From: Alphaproteobacteria bacterium
GTDB lineage: Bacteria; Pseudomonadota; Alphaproteobacteria; MPNO01
Direction of reading: 5' to 3'
Assembly: GCA_965248835.1 (NCBI GenBank)
Contig: CBDFLJ010000002.1
Location: 544,001 to 608,000, forward strand
DNA: 64,000 nucleotides
This document shows, piece after piece, positions 27,475 through 38,621 of the stretch; position 1 is the first letter of the stretch, and the number at the start of each line of letters is the position of its first letter. The notes under the pieces were generated by a model, which saw only the letters and a program-made list of their open reading frames with translations, was not told the DNA's origin and made no database searches. The translations under genes and the position numbers were made by a program.

Positions 27475-29655
27475 ATGATGCGGCAATACGAGCTGGTCGA
27501 GCATGTGCGGGCCTACGATCCCGATGTGGACGAGGACGCGCTCAACCGCGCCTACGTCTTCTCGATGAAGGCGCACGGATCGCAGATGCGGGCATCGGGC
27601 GATCCCTATTTTTCCCATCCGGTCGAAGTCGCCGGGATCCTGGCCGAGCTCAAGCTCGACGCCGCCTCGATCGCCACCGGCCTGCTGCACGACACCGTCG
27701 AGGATACGGTCGCGACGCTGGACGAGATCGAGACCCTGTTCGGCGCGGAGGTCGCCCGGCTGGTCGACGGCGTCACCAAGCTGTCGATGATCGAGCTGCA
27801 ATCGACCGACACCCGCCAGGCGGAGAATTTTCGCAAGTTCCTGCTGGCGACCTCGCAGGATATCCGCGTGCTGCTGATCAAGCTCGCCGATCGGCTGCAC
27901 AACATGCGTACGTTGCATCATCTGGAGCCGGCGGCCAAGCGCAGGCAGGTCGCCGCCGAGACCATGGAGATCTACGCCCCGCTCGCCGAGCGAATCGGCA
28001 TGGAGCGGATCAAGGACGAGCTCGAGGAGCTGGCCTTCGCTCAGCTCAACCCCGATGCCGCCGCCACGATCGAGGCGCGGCTGGAGGTGATGCGCCAAGC
28101 CAGTGACGACATCATCCCGCGCATTGTCGACAGCATGCGCGAGACCTTGCGCGAACACGGCCTGGCGGCCGAGGTGTCGGGCCGGCGCAAGCAGCTCCAT
28201 TCGATCTGGCGCAAGATGCAGCGCAAGAACGTCGAGTTCGAGCAGCTTTCCGACGTGATCGCCTTCCGGGTGGTGGTGGCCACGCCCGAGGACTGCTACC
28301 GGGCGCTGGGCATCATTCACACCACCTATCCCGTGGTCCCCGAACAGTTCGACGACTACATCTCGACCCCGAAGACGAACGGCTACCGATCGCTTCATAC
28401 CTGCGTGATCGGCCCGGCGCGCCATCGGATCGAGGTGCAGATCCGCACCGAGGAGATGCACCAGATCGCCGAGTACGGCGTGGCCGCGCATTGGCGCTAC
28501 AAGCAGGCCGACGCCAGGACCGACGGCCTGCAATACCGCTGGGTGCGCCACATGCTCGACATCCTCGACCAGGCCTCCGGGCCCGAGGAGTTCCTCGAGC
28601 ACACCAAGCTCGAGATGTACCAGGACCAGGTGTTCTGCTTCACGCCGGCGGGCGAGCTGATCGCTCTGCCGCGCGGCGCGACGCCGGTCGATTTTGCCTT
28701 TGCCGTCCATTCCGAGGTCGGCGACCGTTGCGTCGGCGCCAAGATCAACGGCCGGATGATGCCGCTGCGCTCCCAGCTCAAGAACGGCGACCAGATCGAG
28801 ATCATCACTTCGGAGACCGGAACGCCGGCGCCGGCGTGGGAAGACATGGTGGTGACCGGCAAGGCACGCGCCCGGATCCGCCGCTTCATCCGCAACGAGC
28901 AGCGCGCGGAATTCATCCGCCTGGGCAAGGCGATCCTTCAGAAGAGCTATGGCGAGGCCGGCTACAAGCCGTCCAACGCGGTGATCGAGAAGGTGATCGG
29001 CAATTTCGACGCAAAGACCATCGATGACCTCTATGCCCTGATCGGCCGCGGCGAGGTGACCGGCGCGGATGTCCTGGCGGCGGTCGGACCCAAGCGCCGC
29101 CGCGGGCGCAGGGTTGCGAGCCGCGACGGTGCGGCCGGCGAGGACAACGTCGTACCCTTCCCGCCGAAACAGGGAAGGGCCGGCATCGACGACACCGTGC
29201 CGGTGCCGATCCGCGGCCTGATCGCCGGCGTTGCCGTCCATTACGCCAATTGCTGCCACCCGCTGCCGGGCGACCGCATCGTCGGCATCGTCACCGCCGG
29301 CAAGGGCGTGTCGATCCACACCATCGATTGCGAAAGCCTGCTGAGCTTCGAGGCCACGCCCGAGCGCTGGCTCGACGTGGCCTGGGACGTCGATGCGGTC
29401 TCCGCGGACATCCATGTCGGGCGGATCACCATCGTGGTCTCCAACGAACCCGGCACGCTGGGCAGCCTGACGACGATGATCGGCAGGCACCTGGGCAACA
29501 TCAACAACTTGAAGATCACCAACCGGACGCACGACTTCTTTGAAATGGTGCTCGACATCGAGGTCAGCGACGCCGCCCACCTGACCGATATCATCGCGGC
29601 GCTGCGCGCGACTCCGGCGGTGACCTCGGTCGAGCGGGCCCAGGGTCAGAATTGA
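27475..29655 (+). CDS. spoT: Bifunctional (p)ppGpp synthetase/hydrolase (Rel/SpoT homolog)
   Basis: HD domain 'LLHDTVEDT', '[11 protein letters not shown]', 'NGYRSLHT', 'EVQIRT', TGS, ZFD 'CCHPLPGD', ACT. Confidence 0.96.
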   Translation: MMRQYELVEHVRAYDPDVDEDALNRAYVFSMKAHGSQMRASGDPYFSHPVEVAGILAELKLDAASIATGLLHDTVEDTVATLDEIETLFGAEVARLVDGVTKLSMIELQSTDTRQAENFRKFLLATSQDIRVLLIKLADRLHNMRTLHHLEPAAKRRQVAAETMEIYAPLAERIGMERIKDELEELAFAQLNPDAAATIEARLEVMRQASDDIIPRIVDSMRETLREHGLAAEVSGRRKQLHSIWRKMQRKNVEFEQLSDVIAFRVVVATPEDCYRALGIIHTTYPVVPEQFDDYISTPKTNGYRSLHTCVIGPARHRIEVQIRTEEMHQIAEYGVAAHWRYKQADARTDGLQYRWVRHMLDILDQASGPEEFLEHTKLEMYQDQVFCFTPAGELIALPRGATPVDFAFAVHSEVGDRCVGAKINGRMMPLRSQLKNGDQIEIITSETGTPAPAWEDMVVTGKARARIRRFIRNEQRAEFIRLGKAILQKSYGEAGYKPSNAVIEKVIGNFDAKTIDDLYALIGRGEVTGADVLAAVGPKRRRGRRVASRDGAAGEDNVVPFPPKQGRAGIDDTVPVPIRGLIAGVAVHYANCCHPLPGDRIVGIVTAGKGVSIHTIDCESLLSFEATPERWLDVAWDVDAVSADIHVGRITIVVSNEPGTLGSLTTMIGRHLGNINNLKITNRTHDFFEMVLDIEVSDAAHLTDIIAALRATPAVTSVERAQGQN

Positions 29656-29686
29656 CACCGCGGGATGCCCGAAGCGGAGGGATCCG

Positions 29687-30442
29687 ATGCAAGGCCATCT
29701 GAGGCTTGGGGTGAATATCGATCACGTCGCGACCATCCGGAACGCGCGCGGCGGCGGTCATCCCGACACCGTCAAGGCCGCCCGCGTGGCCGCCGCCGCC
29801 GGGGCGGACGGCATAACCGCCCATCTGCGCGAAGACCGGCGGCACATGACCGATGCCGATATCGAGCGGCTGATCGGCGCCATCGATCTGCCGCTCAATC
29901 TGGAGATGGCCGCGACCGAGGAAATGCTGGAGATCGCGCTGCGCCACCGCCCGCACGCGGCCTGCATCGTGCCCGAGCGCCGCGCCGAGCGGACCACCGA
30001 GGGCGGGCTCGATGCGGCAGGCTCGATCGACACCCTGCGGCCGCTGGTCGCACGGCTCAACGAGGCCGGGATCCGGACGTCGCTGTTCATCGAAGCCGAT
30101 CGGTCCCAGATCGAGGCCGCGGTGGCGCTGGGCGCGCCGGTTGTCGAGCTGCACACCGGCGCCTATTGCGAGGCCCAAGGCGCGGCACGGGCGCGCGCGC
30201 TGCGGCGGATCGAGGATGCCGCGGAACGCGCCCACGCCATGGGGCTCGAATGCCATGCCGGGCATGGCCTCAGCTTCGAGACCGTCGGTGCGATCGCCCG
30301 CATCCCGGTGTTGGCCGAGCTCAACATCGGCCACTTCCTGATCGGCGAGGCGATATTCAGCGGGCTGGACAGCGCGATCAAGCGGATGCGCTCGCTGATG
30401 GACCGCGCCCGCGCGGAGTCCGGCAGCGCCCGTTCGGCGTGA
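29687..30442 (+). CDS. pdxJ: Pyridoxine 5'-phosphate synthase
   Basis: '[15 protein letters not shown]', 'HLREDRRH', 'TTEGGLD', 'ELNIGHFL'. Confidence 0.97.
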   Translation: MQGHLRLGVNIDHVATIRNARGGGHPDTVKAARVAAAAGADGITAHLREDRRHMTDADIERLIGAIDLPLNLEMAATEEMLEIALRHRPHAACIVPERRAERTTEGGLDAAGSIDTLRPLVARLNEAGIRTSLFIEADRSQIEAAVALGAPVVELHTGAYCEAQGAARARALRRIEDAAERAHAMGLECHAGHGLSFETVGAIARIPVLAELNIGHFLIGEAIFSGLDSAIKRMRSLMDRARAESGSARSA

Positions 30443-30452
30443 GGGCGGCGGC

Positions 30453-30860
30453 GTGATCATCGGCATCGGCGACGACCTGATCGACATCCGCCGCATCGAG
30501 CGGACGCTGGAACGCTTCGGCGACAGGTTCATCCAGCGCGTCTTCACCGAGACCGAGCGCCGGCGCTCGGAGCGGCGCGCCGGGCGGGCGGCGAGCTACG
30601 CCAAGCGCTTCGCCGCCAAGGAAGCGTGCTCCAAGGCTCTGGGCACCGGTTTTCGCGCCGGCGTGTTCTGGCGCGACCTGGGCGTGGTCAACCTGCGCAG
30701 CGGCAAGCCGACGCTCGCGCTCACCGGCGGGGCGGCCGCGCGGCTGAAGGCGCTGACGCCGGCCGGCATGACCGCTCAGCTCGACCTGACCATGACGGAT
30801 GAGCCGCCGATGGCGCATGCGATGGTGATCATATCCGCGGTTCCGACCGACGCTACATGA
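30453..30860 (+). CDS. acpS: Holo-ACP synthase
   Basis: 'IIGIG.D', '[17 protein letters not shown]', 'SGKP'. Confidence 0.96.
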   Translation: MIIGIGDDLIDIRRIERTLERFGDRFIQRVFTETERRRSERRAGRAASYAKRFAAKEACSKALGTGFRAGVFWRDLGVVNLRSGKPTLALTGGAAARLKALTPAGMTAQLDLTMTDEPPMAHAMVIISAVPTDAT

Positions 30861-30977
30861 GACGTCGTCGCGCCGAAGCTTGCGCTTGACAGGTCCCGCC
30901 GCGCCGTGCTTGATCGGACACGGCGACCGACTTGTTCAAGTATTGAATAAATAACAATCCCTTACAGAACGAACTTT

Positions 30978-31718
30978 ATGCCGAAGAAAAAGTCCGGCGG
31001 GCTCTGGGATACCGTCAAGACGATCGTCTATGCGGTCTTGATCGCCTTGGTGATTCGGACCGTGGCCTTCGAGCCGTTCAATATCCCCTCGGGTTCGATG
31101 ATCCCGACCCTGCTGGTCGGCGACTATCTGTTCGTTTCCAAATACTCCTACGGCTACAGCCGCCACTCGCTGCCGCTGAGCCTGCCGCTGATCCCCGGCC
31201 GGCTGTTCATGTCCGAGCCCGAGCGCGGCGATGTCGCGGTCTTCAAGCTGCCGGCCGACAACAAGACGGACTACATCAAGCGGATCATCGGGCTGCCCGG
31301 CGACCGCGTTCAGATGAAGCAGGGCCGGCTTTACGTCAACGGGAAGAGACTTGCGCGCAAGCGGATCGAGGACTTCGTCTTCACCGACGACTACGGCAGG
31401 ATCCTGCGCATCGCCCAGTTCGTCGAGACCCTGCCCGGCGGGCGCACGCACCGCATCCTCGAGTTGACCGACCGCGGCCATCTCGACGACACCCGCGAAT
31501 TTGTCGTACCGCGCGGACATTTCTTCGCTATGGGCGACAACCGGGACAACTCGCTCGACAGCCGTGTGCTCGGCGGCGTCGGCTTCGTCCCGGCGAAGAA
31601 CCTGGTCGGAAGGGCGGAGATCCTGTTCTTCTCGACCAACGGAACGGCGCGCTTGTGGGAATTCTGGCGTTGGCCGATGTCGATTCGCTTCACCCGTTTC
31701 TTCAACCTCGTGGGCTAG
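30978..31718 (+). CDS. lepB: Signal peptidase I
   Basis: 'IPSGSMIPTL', 'DYIKRIIGLPGD', 'MGDNRDNSLDSR'. Confidence 0.96.
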   Translation: MPKKKSGGLWDTVKTIVYAVLIALVIRTVAFEPFNIPSGSMIPTLLVGDYLFVSKYSYGYSRHSLPLSLPLIPGRLFMSEPERGDVAVFKLPADNKTDYIKRIIGLPGDRVQMKQGRLYVNGKRLARKRIEDFVFTDDYGRILRIAQFVETLPGGRTHRILELTDRGHLDDTREFVVPRGHFFAMGDNRDNSLDSRVLGGVGFVPAKNLVGRAEILFFSTNGTARLWEFWRWPMSIRFTRFFNLVG

Positions 31719-31725
31719 GGCGGAC

Positions 31726-32412
31726 TTGGCCCCCGGCAACAGCTTGGCGGAGCTCCAGCAGGCGCTGGGCCATGGCTTCGCCAATCCCACCCTGCTGCGC
31801 CAGGCGGTCACCCATGCCAGCGCCGCCGGCGGGGCCGGGGCCGCGTCGCTGGAACGCCTGGAGTTCCTCGGCGACCGCGTGCTGGGGCTGGCGCTGGCCA
31901 CGATGCTGCTGCGGGAATTTCCCGCCGAAGCCCCCGGCGATCTCGCCCGTCGCCATGCGGCGCTGGCAAGCGGCGAGGCGCTGGCTTCGGTCGGCCGGTC
32001 GATCGGCCTGCACCGCCATCTCGAAATCCAGCCCGGCATGGCCCGTGACCGCGAGGCGCTGCCGATTTCGGTGATCGAAGATGCCTGCGAGGCGGTGATC
32101 GGCGCGGTCTACCTCGATGCCGGCCACGACGCGGCCTGCGCGGTGATCGAGCGCTTCTGGGGGCCGATGCTGCCCGGCGCCCCGCCGCGCGATGCCAAGA
32201 CCGCGCTGCAGGAATGGGCGCAGGCCCGCGGCCTGCCGCTGCCGGCCTACCGCATGGCCGACCGCGAGGGTCCCGACCACGTTCCGGTCTTCACCGTCGA
32301 GGCTAGGATCGAAGGCTTCCCGGAGGTCGAGGCCTCGGCCGGCTCCAAGCGCGCCGCCGAGCGCGCCGCGGCCAGGCTGCTGCTGGATCTGGTCGATGAC
32401 AGCCGACGTTGA
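31726..32412 (+). CDS. rnc: Ribonuclease III
   Basis: 'ERLEFLGDRVLGL', 'DACEAVIGAVYLD', dsRBD 'KTALQEWAQ...GPDH'; TTG start assumed. Confidence 0.93.
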   Translation: MAPGNSLAELQQALGHGFANPTLLRQAVTHASAAGGAGAASLERLEFLGDRVLGLALATMLLREFPAEAPGDLARRHAALASGEALASVGRSIGLHRHLEIQPGMARDREALPISVIEDACEAVIGAVYLDAGHDAACAVIERFWGPMLPGAPPRDAKTALQEWAQARGLPLPAYRMADREGPDHVPVFTVEARIEGFPEVEASAGSKRAAERAAARLLLDLVDDSRR

Positions 32413-33319
32413 CCGCGGCCGGCAGAGCGAACCGCGCTGCGGTTTCATCGCCATCATCGGGGCGCCCAACGTCGGCAAGTCGACCCTGACCAACCGGCTG
32501 GTCGGCGCGAAGGTGAGCATCGTCACCTCCAAGGTCCAGACGACGCGAAGCCGGGTGTTGGGCGTGGCGACCGCCGGCCCGGCGCAGCTCGTCTATGTCG
32601 ACACGCCCGGGATCTTCGCGCCGCGCCGGCGGCTCGACCGCGCAATGGTCGCCGCCGCCTGGGGCGGTGCGGCCGACGCCGACGTGGTGATGATGCTGAT
32701 CGATGCGAAGAAGGGTCTGGATTCCGACGCCCGCCGGATCCTGGCCGGGCTCGAGGCGCCCCGCCGGGCCACAATCCTGGTGCTCAACAAGATCGACCTG
32801 GTGCCGCGCCCCAGGCTGCTGTCCCTCACTGCGGCGATCAACACCGAGCGTCGGTTCGACGAGACCTTCATGGTCTCGGCGCTGTCGGGCGACGGGGTGG
32901 ACGATCTGACCACCTGCCTGGCCAAGATCGTCCCCGACGGCCCGTGGCTGTTTCCCCAGGACCAGCTTTCGGACATGAACGAGCGGCTGTTCGCCGCCGA
33001 GATCACCCGCGAGAAGCTGTTCGAGCAGCTCCATCAGGAGCTGCCCTATGCGCTGACCGTCGAGACCGAGGAATGGGATCCGTTCGCCGACGGCAGCCTG
33101 CGGATCGCCCAGACCGTCTATGTCGGGCGCGACAGCCAGAAGGCGATCGTGCTCGGCCGCCACGGGGCGCGGGTGCGCGCGGTGCGCGAGCAGGCGATGG
33201 CCGAGATGGCCGAAATCCTTGGCCGCAAGGTGCATCTGTTCCTGTTCGTCAAGGTCCGTCAAAAATGGGACGAGGATCCAGAGCGCTACCGCATCTGGGG
33301 CCTGGACTACGACGCCTGA
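32396..33319 (+). CDS. era: GTPase Era
   Basis: 'GAPNVGKSTL', 'KVQTTR', 'DTPG', 'NKID', KH domain. Confidence 0.96.
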   Translation: MTADVDRGRQSEPRCGFIAIIGAPNVGKSTLTNRLVGAKVSIVTSKVQTTRSRVLGVATAGPAQLVYVDTPGIFAPRRRLDRAMVAAAWGGAADADVVMMLIDAKKGLDSDARRILAGLEAPRRATILVLNKIDLVPRPRLLSLTAAINTERRFDETFMVSALSGDGVDDLTTCLAKIVPDGPWLFPQDQLSDMNERLFAAEITREKLFEQLHQELPYALTVETEEWDPFADGSLRIAQTVYVGRDSQKAIVLGRHGARVRAVREQAMAEMAEILGRKVHLFLFVKVRQKWDEDPERYRIWGLDYDA

Positions 33320-33335
33320 AAGATCGGATCCGGCG

Positions 33336-34094
33336 ATGGATTGGCAGGACGACGGCATTGTGATCGCGCGCCGCAGGCACGGCGAAACGTCGCTGATCGC
33401 CACGCTGTTGACCCGCGCGCATGGCCGCCACGCCGGGCTGGTGCGTGGCGGGACCGGACACCGGGCGCGGGCGACCTACCAGATCGGCAACCTTGTCCAG
33501 GCCGCCTGGCGGGCGCGCCTGGCCGAGCATCTGGGCACCTATCAGGCCGAAACCACGACGGCTTATGCGGCTGCGCTGCTCGACAGCCCGCGCCCGCTGG
33601 CTGCGCTCGGCGCTGCGGCCGCGCTGGTCGAGGCGGCGCTGCCCGAGCGTGAGCCGAATGGCGAGGTGTTCGATGCCTTGATCGTGCTGCTCGATGCGCT
33701 GGGCGGACCCGATTGGGCGTCTTCCTATGCCCGCTTCGAGCTCGCGCTGCTGGCGGCGCTGGGCTATGGGCTGGACCTCGAAAGATGTGCTGCGACCGGA
33801 ACGACGGAGGATCTGGCCTATGTCTCGCCGCGCACCGGAAGGGCGGTCTCGCGCCAGGCGGGCGCGCCCTATGCGCGCCGCCTGCTCGGCCTGCCCCGGT
33901 TCCTGATCGGCACCGGAGAGCGGCCCGACGGCGCGGCGATCACCGCGGCGATACGCCTGACCGGGCATTTTTTCGAACACCAGGTGTTCGTGCCGGCCGG
34001 CCGGCGCATGCCGCAAGCGCGTGCGGTGCTCTATGATGCTATTCTCCGAGATACCACAACATCTGGCGGTAAAGACACAGCCGGGACACAATGA
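33336..34094 (+). CDS. recO: DNA repair protein RecO
   Basis: 'RRHGE', '[11 protein letters not shown]', '[14 protein letters not shown]', '[11 protein letters not shown]'. Confidence 0.95.
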   Translation: MDWQDDGIVIARRRHGETSLIATLLTRAHGRHAGLVRGGTGHRARATYQIGNLVQAAWRARLAEHLGTYQAETTTAYAAALLDSPRPLAALGAAAALVEAALPEREPNGEVFDALIVLLDALGGPDWASSYARFELALLAALGYGLDLERCAATGTTEDLAYVSPRTGRAVSRQAGAPYARRLLGLPRFLIGTGERPDGAAITAAIRLTGHFFEHQVFVPAGRRMPQARAVLYDAILRDTTTSGGKDTAGTQ

Positions 34095-36319
34095 CTGACC
34101 AACAAGACCTCTTCGCGCCGGAAATTCGCGACATCCCGCTGACTCGGGCACTGGGCGAGCGCTACCTCGCCTATGCGCTGTCGACCATCACCTCGCGCTC
34201 ACTGCCCGATTCGCGCGACGGGCTGAAGCCGGTCCACCGGCGGCTGCTCTACGCGATGCGCCAGCTCAGGCTCGACCCCGATGCCGGGTTCAAGAAATGC
34301 GCCCGCGTCGTCGGCGACGTGATGGGCCGCTACCATCCTCACGGCGACCAGGCGATCTACGACGCGATGGTCCGCATGGCGCAGGACTTCTCGGTGCGTT
34401 ATCCGACCGTCGAGGGCCAGGGCAATTTCGGCAATATCGACGGCGATAACCCCGCGGCGATGCGCTACACCGAAGCGCGGCTGACCCGCTACGCGCTGGC
34501 GCTGCTCGACGGCATCGACGAGGACGCGGTCGATTTCCGGCCCAACTATGACGGCACCGAGGACGAGCCGGCGGTGTTGCCGGCGAGCGTGCCGAATCTG
34601 TTGTGCAACGGCGCAAGCGGCATTGCCGTGGGCATGGCGACAAGCATCCCGCCGCACAATTTGGGCGAGGTGTGCGATGCCGCGCTGCATCTGATCGATC
34701 ATCCCGATACCGGCAACGCGAAGCTGGTCGATCTGGTTCCGGGGCCGGACTTCCCGACCGGCGGCGTGCTTGCGGAGTCCCGGGCGGTGATCGAGGAGGC
34801 CTACGCGACCGGCCGCGGCAGCCTGCGCCTGCGCGCCCGCTGGTCGGTCGAGCCGCTCAGGCACGGCATGTACCAGATCGTGGTCACCGAGATCCCCTAC
34901 CAGACCCAGAAGGGCCGCCTGGTCGAGCGCATCGCCGAGCTGATCACCCGGCGCAAGCTGCACATGCTGGCGGACGTGCGCGACGAGTCGGCCGAGGATT
35001 TGCGCCTGGTGCTCGAGCCGCGCAGCCGCGCGGTCGAGCCCGGCGTCCTGATGGAGCAGCTCTTCCGCCACACCGAGCTGGAGACCCGCGTCTCGCTGAA
35101 CATGAACGTGCTCGACGGCGGCAAGGTGCCGCAGGTCATGAACCTGCGCCAGCTTCTCCAGGCCTTCCTCGATCACCGCCATGAGGTGCTGGTCCGGCGC
35201 ACGCGTCACCGGCTGGACAAGATCGCCCGCCGGCTGGAGGTCCTCGCCGGCTACCTGATCGCCTACGCCAATCTCGATGAGGTCATCCGCGTCATCCGCG
35301 AGGCGGACGAGCCCAGGGCCGAGATGATGCGGCGCTGGTCGATGAGCGAGGTCCAGGCCGAGGCCATCCTCAACATGCGGCTGCGCGCGCTGCGCCGGCT
35401 CGAGGAAGTCGAGATCAGGAAAGAGCACAAGGCGCTGACGCAAGAACAGAAGGCGCTCAAGGGTCTGCTCGCCAAGGGAGACCGCCGCTGGGCAAGGATC
35501 GCCGAGGAAATCCGCGCCGTCCGCGACCGTTTCGGGGCACAATCACCCGGCGGCCCGAGGCGCACCGAGATCGTCGATGCGCCGGATCCGGTCGAGGTGC
35601 CGGTCGAGGCCGTCATCGAGCGCGAGCCGATCACCGTCATCGGCTCGCAGAAGGGCTGGATCCGCGCGGTCCGCGGGCACCTCGAGGATGTCTCCGACCT
35701 CAAGTTCAAGGACGGCGACCGCAGCCGCCTGGTGTTGCGCGCCCAGACCACCGACAAGCTGCTCGCCTTCGGCACCAATGGCCGGTTCTACACCCTGGCC
35801 TGCGGCAAGCTGCCGGGCGGGCGCGGACACGGCGAGCCGATCCGGCTGATGATCGATCTCGGCAACGACCAGGACATCGTCGCGCTCCTGGTCCATGAGC
35901 CCGGGCGCAAGCTCCTGGTCGCGGCCTCGGACGGCCGCGGCTTCGTCGTGCCCGAGGACGAGGTGCTGGCCCAGACCAAGACCGGCAAGCAGGTGCTCAA
36001 CGTCTCGGCCGGAGCCGAGGCCCAGGCCTGCGTCCCGGTCACCGGCGACGCGGTCGCCGTGGTCGGGACCAACCGCAAAATGATCGTCTTCCCGGTCGCC
36101 GAACTGCCCGAAATGACCCGCGGCCGCGGCGTGATTCTGCAGCGCTACAAGGACGGCGGCCTGTCCGACGTTACGGTCTTCGCGATGGAACAAGGGTTGA
36201 AGTGGCGCGCCGGCGAACGCACCCGGACCGAGACCGCGCTCGATGGCTGGATCGGCAAGCGCGCCGGCGCCGGCCGGATCGTGCCCCGGGGCTTCCCGCG
36301 CTCGATCCGGTTCGGCTGA
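34091..36319 (+). CDS. parC: DNA topoisomerase IV subunit A
   Basis: '[10 protein letters not shown]', 'GRYHPHGD', '[10 protein letters not shown]', short ParC-type C-terminus. Confidence 0.96.
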   Translation: MTDQQDLFAPEIRDIPLTRALGERYLAYALSTITSRSLPDSRDGLKPVHRRLLYAMRQLRLDPDAGFKKCARVVGDVMGRYHPHGDQAIYDAMVRMAQDFSVRYPTVEGQGNFGNIDGDNPAAMRYTEARLTRYALALLDGIDEDAVDFRPNYDGTEDEPAVLPASVPNLLCNGASGIAVGMATSIPPHNLGEVCDAALHLIDHPDTGNAKLVDLVPGPDFPTGGVLAESRAVIEEAYATGRGSLRLRARWSVEPLRHGMYQIVVTEIPYQTQKGRLVERIAELITRRKLHMLADVRDESAEDLRLVLEPRSRAVEPGVLMEQLFRHTELETRVSLNMNVLDGGKVPQVMNLRQLLQAFLDHRHEVLVRRTRHRLDKIARRLEVLAGYLIAYANLDEVIRVIREADEPRAEMMRRWSMSEVQAEAILNMRLRALRRLEEVEIRKEHKALTQEQKALKGLLAKGDRRWARIAEEIRAVRDRFGAQSPGGPRRTEIVDAPDPVEVPVEAVIEREPITVIGSQKGWIRAVRGHLEDVSDLKFKDGDRSRLVLRAQTTDKLLAFGTNGRFYTLACGKLPGGRGHGEPIRLMIDLGNDQDIVALLVHEPGRKLLVAASDGRGFVVPEDEVLAQTKTGKQVLNVSAGAEAQACVPVTGDAVAVVGTNRKMIVFPVAELPEMTRGRGVILQRYKDGGLSDVTVFAMEQGLKWRAGERTRTETALDGWIGKRAGAGRIVPRGFPRSIRFG

Positions 36320-36453
36320 GAAGGCCGGGCGGTTCCCCGCCGCCGCCGGCGGCGGTCCCGGACCCGCGGCGTGCATGGGCAGGCCGATTGAGGCGGCGGG
36401 CGCTTTCTGCTACCACACACGGGAGCGGAACGAACGAGAGGGAGCGCACAAAC

Positions 36454-37548
36454 ATGAAACGCCGTAAATTCATTGCCAAGGCCGGTGTGGCCGGCGTCGC
36501 CGGCGCCGCAGCAACGACCTTCGCCGCGCCGGCGGTCGCGCAGAAGCGCATCGACATGGTCATGGTTACAACCTGGCCGCGCGATTTCCCGGGCCTGGGC
36601 ACCGGCGCCCAGCGCCTCGCCAGCCGCATTTCGGACATGACCGAGGGCCGTATCCAGGTCCAGTACTTTGCCGCCAAGGAGCGGGTCGGCGCCTTCGATT
36701 CCTTCGACGAGGTCGCCTCGGGCAATGCCCAGGCCTACCATGCCGCGGACTACTACTGGAAAGGCAAGCACCCCGGCTGGGCCTATTTCACCGCCGTTCC
36801 TTTCGGGCTGACTTATACCGAAATCAACGCTTGGATCCGCTTCGGCGGCGGCCAGGCGCTGTGGGACGAGCTCGCCGGCAATTACGGCCTGAAATGCGTC
36901 ATGGCCGGCAATACCGGCGTCCAGATGGGCGGTTGGTTCAACAAGGAGATCAACTCGTCGGACGATCTCAAGGGCCTGAAAATGCGTATTCCGGGCCTCG
37001 GCGGCGACGTGATGGCCAAGCTCGGCGCCTCTCCGGTCTCGCTGCCCGGCGGGCAGATCTACGAGAACCTGGTCTCCGGAGCGATCGATGCCACCGAGTG
37101 GGTGGGGCCGTGGAACGACAGCTTCATGAAGTTCTACGAGGCGGCCAAGTACTACTACTACCCCGGCATGCATGAGCCCGGCTCGATGCTGTCCATGGGC
37201 ATGAACGCGTCCTGGTGGGGCAAGCTCAAAAAGTCCGATCAGATCGCCATCGAGGCTGCGGCCGGGATGGAAAACGACGTGATGATGTCGGAGTACAACG
37301 CCAAGAACGGCTCCTCGCTGGCCAAGCTGGTGAACGATCACGGCGTGAAGCTGCGCAAGTTCAACGACGACGTCTATGACAGCTTCGGCGAGGCGGCCGA
37401 AGAGGTCTTCGAGGGCGTGCAGGCGCACAGCGAACTCTCCAAGCGTATCCATGAGAGCTTTGCACGTGCCCGGAAGGACCTTGGCGCCTGGTCGAAGATC
37501 TCCGACCAGGCCTACATCGCCCAGCGCAACCGCGTCCTGGGCGTCTGA
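36454..37548 (+). CDS. TRAP transporter solute-binding protein (DctP/TakP-like), Tat-type signal
   Basis: 'MKRRKFI...AAPAVAQ', 'GNTGVQMGGWF', 'KMRIPGLGG', 'EWVGPWND'. Confidence 0.93.
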   Translation: MKRRKFIAKAGVAGVAGAAATTFAAPAVAQKRIDMVMVTTWPRDFPGLGTGAQRLASRISDMTEGRIQVQYFAAKERVGAFDSFDEVASGNAQAYHAADYYWKGKHPGWAYFTAVPFGLTYTEINAWIRFGGGQALWDELAGNYGLKCVMAGNTGVQMGGWFNKEINSSDDLKGLKMRIPGLGGDVMAKLGASPVSLPGGQIYENLVSGAIDATEWVGPWNDSFMKFYEAAKYYYYPGMHEPGSMLSMGMNASWWGKLKKSDQIAIEAAAGMENDVMMSEYNAKNGSSLAKLVNDHGVKLRKFNDDVYDSFGEAAEEVFEGVQAHSELSKRIHESFARARKDLGAWSKISDQAYIAQRNRVLGV

Positions 37549-37550
37549 AC

Positions 37551-37570
37551 CGGTCGCCGGCGGGCGACCG
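37551..37570 (+). other. GC hairpin after dctP (mRNA stabiliser or weak terminator)
   Basis: CGGTCGCC-ggcg-GGCGACCG, 8-bp stem, no U tail. Confidence 0.4.
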
Positions 37571-37661
37571 CGCCGGCGCGGGGCCGCCATACCCCGCGCC
37601 GGCCGTCCGTGCGGCCGGCAGCCATGGTCTTGACTCGCCATAGCGCCGATCGGGCGGGCTC

Positions 37662-38621
37662 GTGATCGGCCCGGACCAGGGCCGGGCGGCGTTGCGGGCC
37701 TGCGCGCTTTCGGTGGCAGCCGTCGGGCTGCTGTTCCCGGTCAACAACTATCTGATCTTCTGGCGCGGCTGGCCCGGTGTCGGCCCGGTCTTCGACGGCG
37801 CCGCACCGGCGCTGAGCTGGTTCCAGCTCGCCCTGTATGCCGCCGCGGTCGGGGCTGCGATCGTCTTCGCCCTGCGTAGCGCCGCGCGCCCCTTGACGGC
37901 CGATGCCGAGGACCTGTCGGCGATCGCCGCCTACATCGCCCGGGCGGCGTTCTGGGGGGTCCTGCTGGTCGGCCTCGCCGACATGGCGATTTCGTTCATG
38001 CGCGTGGAGGGGCTGCTCGGCGCGGTGTTCGGCACCGAACTCGCCGAGGCGCTGGGACGCTCGTGGTTCCGCGGCGCCTACGTCCACTACCCGCTGATCG
38101 CGGTCGGAATGGTCATCGCCGCGGTGACGCGGGCGATCGGCTTCGCCTGGCTCGCGCTTCTGATCGTGCTGGCCGAGCTGCAGATCGTTATCGCCCGGTT
38201 CATCTTCTCCTACGAACAGGCCTTCATGGGCGATCTGGTGCGGTTCTGGTATGCCGCGCTGTTCCTGTTCGCCAGCGCCTACACCCTGCTCCACGAGGGC
38301 CATGTCCGGGTCGACGTGCTCTATACCGGGTTCGGCGCGCGCGGCAAGGCGTGGTCCAACGCCGTCGGCTCGGTGCTGCTCGGCGTGCCGCTGTGCTGGG
38401 TCGTCCTGACCCGCGGCATGTGGGACAAGGCCAACCTGATCAACGCCCCGCTGTTGAGCTACGAGGTCACCCAGTCCGGCTACGGCATGTACGTCAAATA
38501 CCTGATGGCGGGCTTCCTGCTGGTCTATGCGGTCTCGATGCTGATGCAGTTTCTGAGCCAGCTTCTCAGCAGCGCCGCGATCCTGCTCGGTGACGCCGAA
38601 GCCGAAAGCGCTGCCGGGTAA
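37662..38621 (+). CDS. TRAP small permease (DctQ) with N-terminal extra TM segments
   Basis: 'FLFASAYTLLHEGHVRVDVLY' DctQ motif in the C-terminal half; extra hydrophobic segments in the N-terminal half. Confidence 0.85.
   Translation: MIGPDQGRAALRACALSVAAVGLLFPVNNYLIFWRGWPGVGPVFDGAAPALSWFQLALYAAAVGAAIVFALRSAARPLTADAEDLSAIAAYIARAAFWGVLLVGLADMAISFMRVEGLLGAVFGTELAEALGRSWFRGAYVHYPLIAVGMVIAAVTRAIGFAWLALLIVLAELQIVIARFIFSYEQAFMGDLVRFWYAALFLFASAYTLLHEGHVRVDVLYTGFGARGKAWSNAVGSVLLGVPLCWVVLTRGMWDKANLINAPLLSYEVTQSGYGMYVKYLMAGFLLVYAVSMLMQFLSQLLSSAAILLGDAEAESAAG

Noticed and set aside
26911-29658. 915-aa antisense ORF opposite rpoZ/spoT, and similar long shadows (10841-12982, 38525-40591, 53010-55430, 61110-63257)
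   Set aside because: Typical stop-poor antisense frames of high-GC genes; no recognisable motifs and fully overlapping well-supported CDSs
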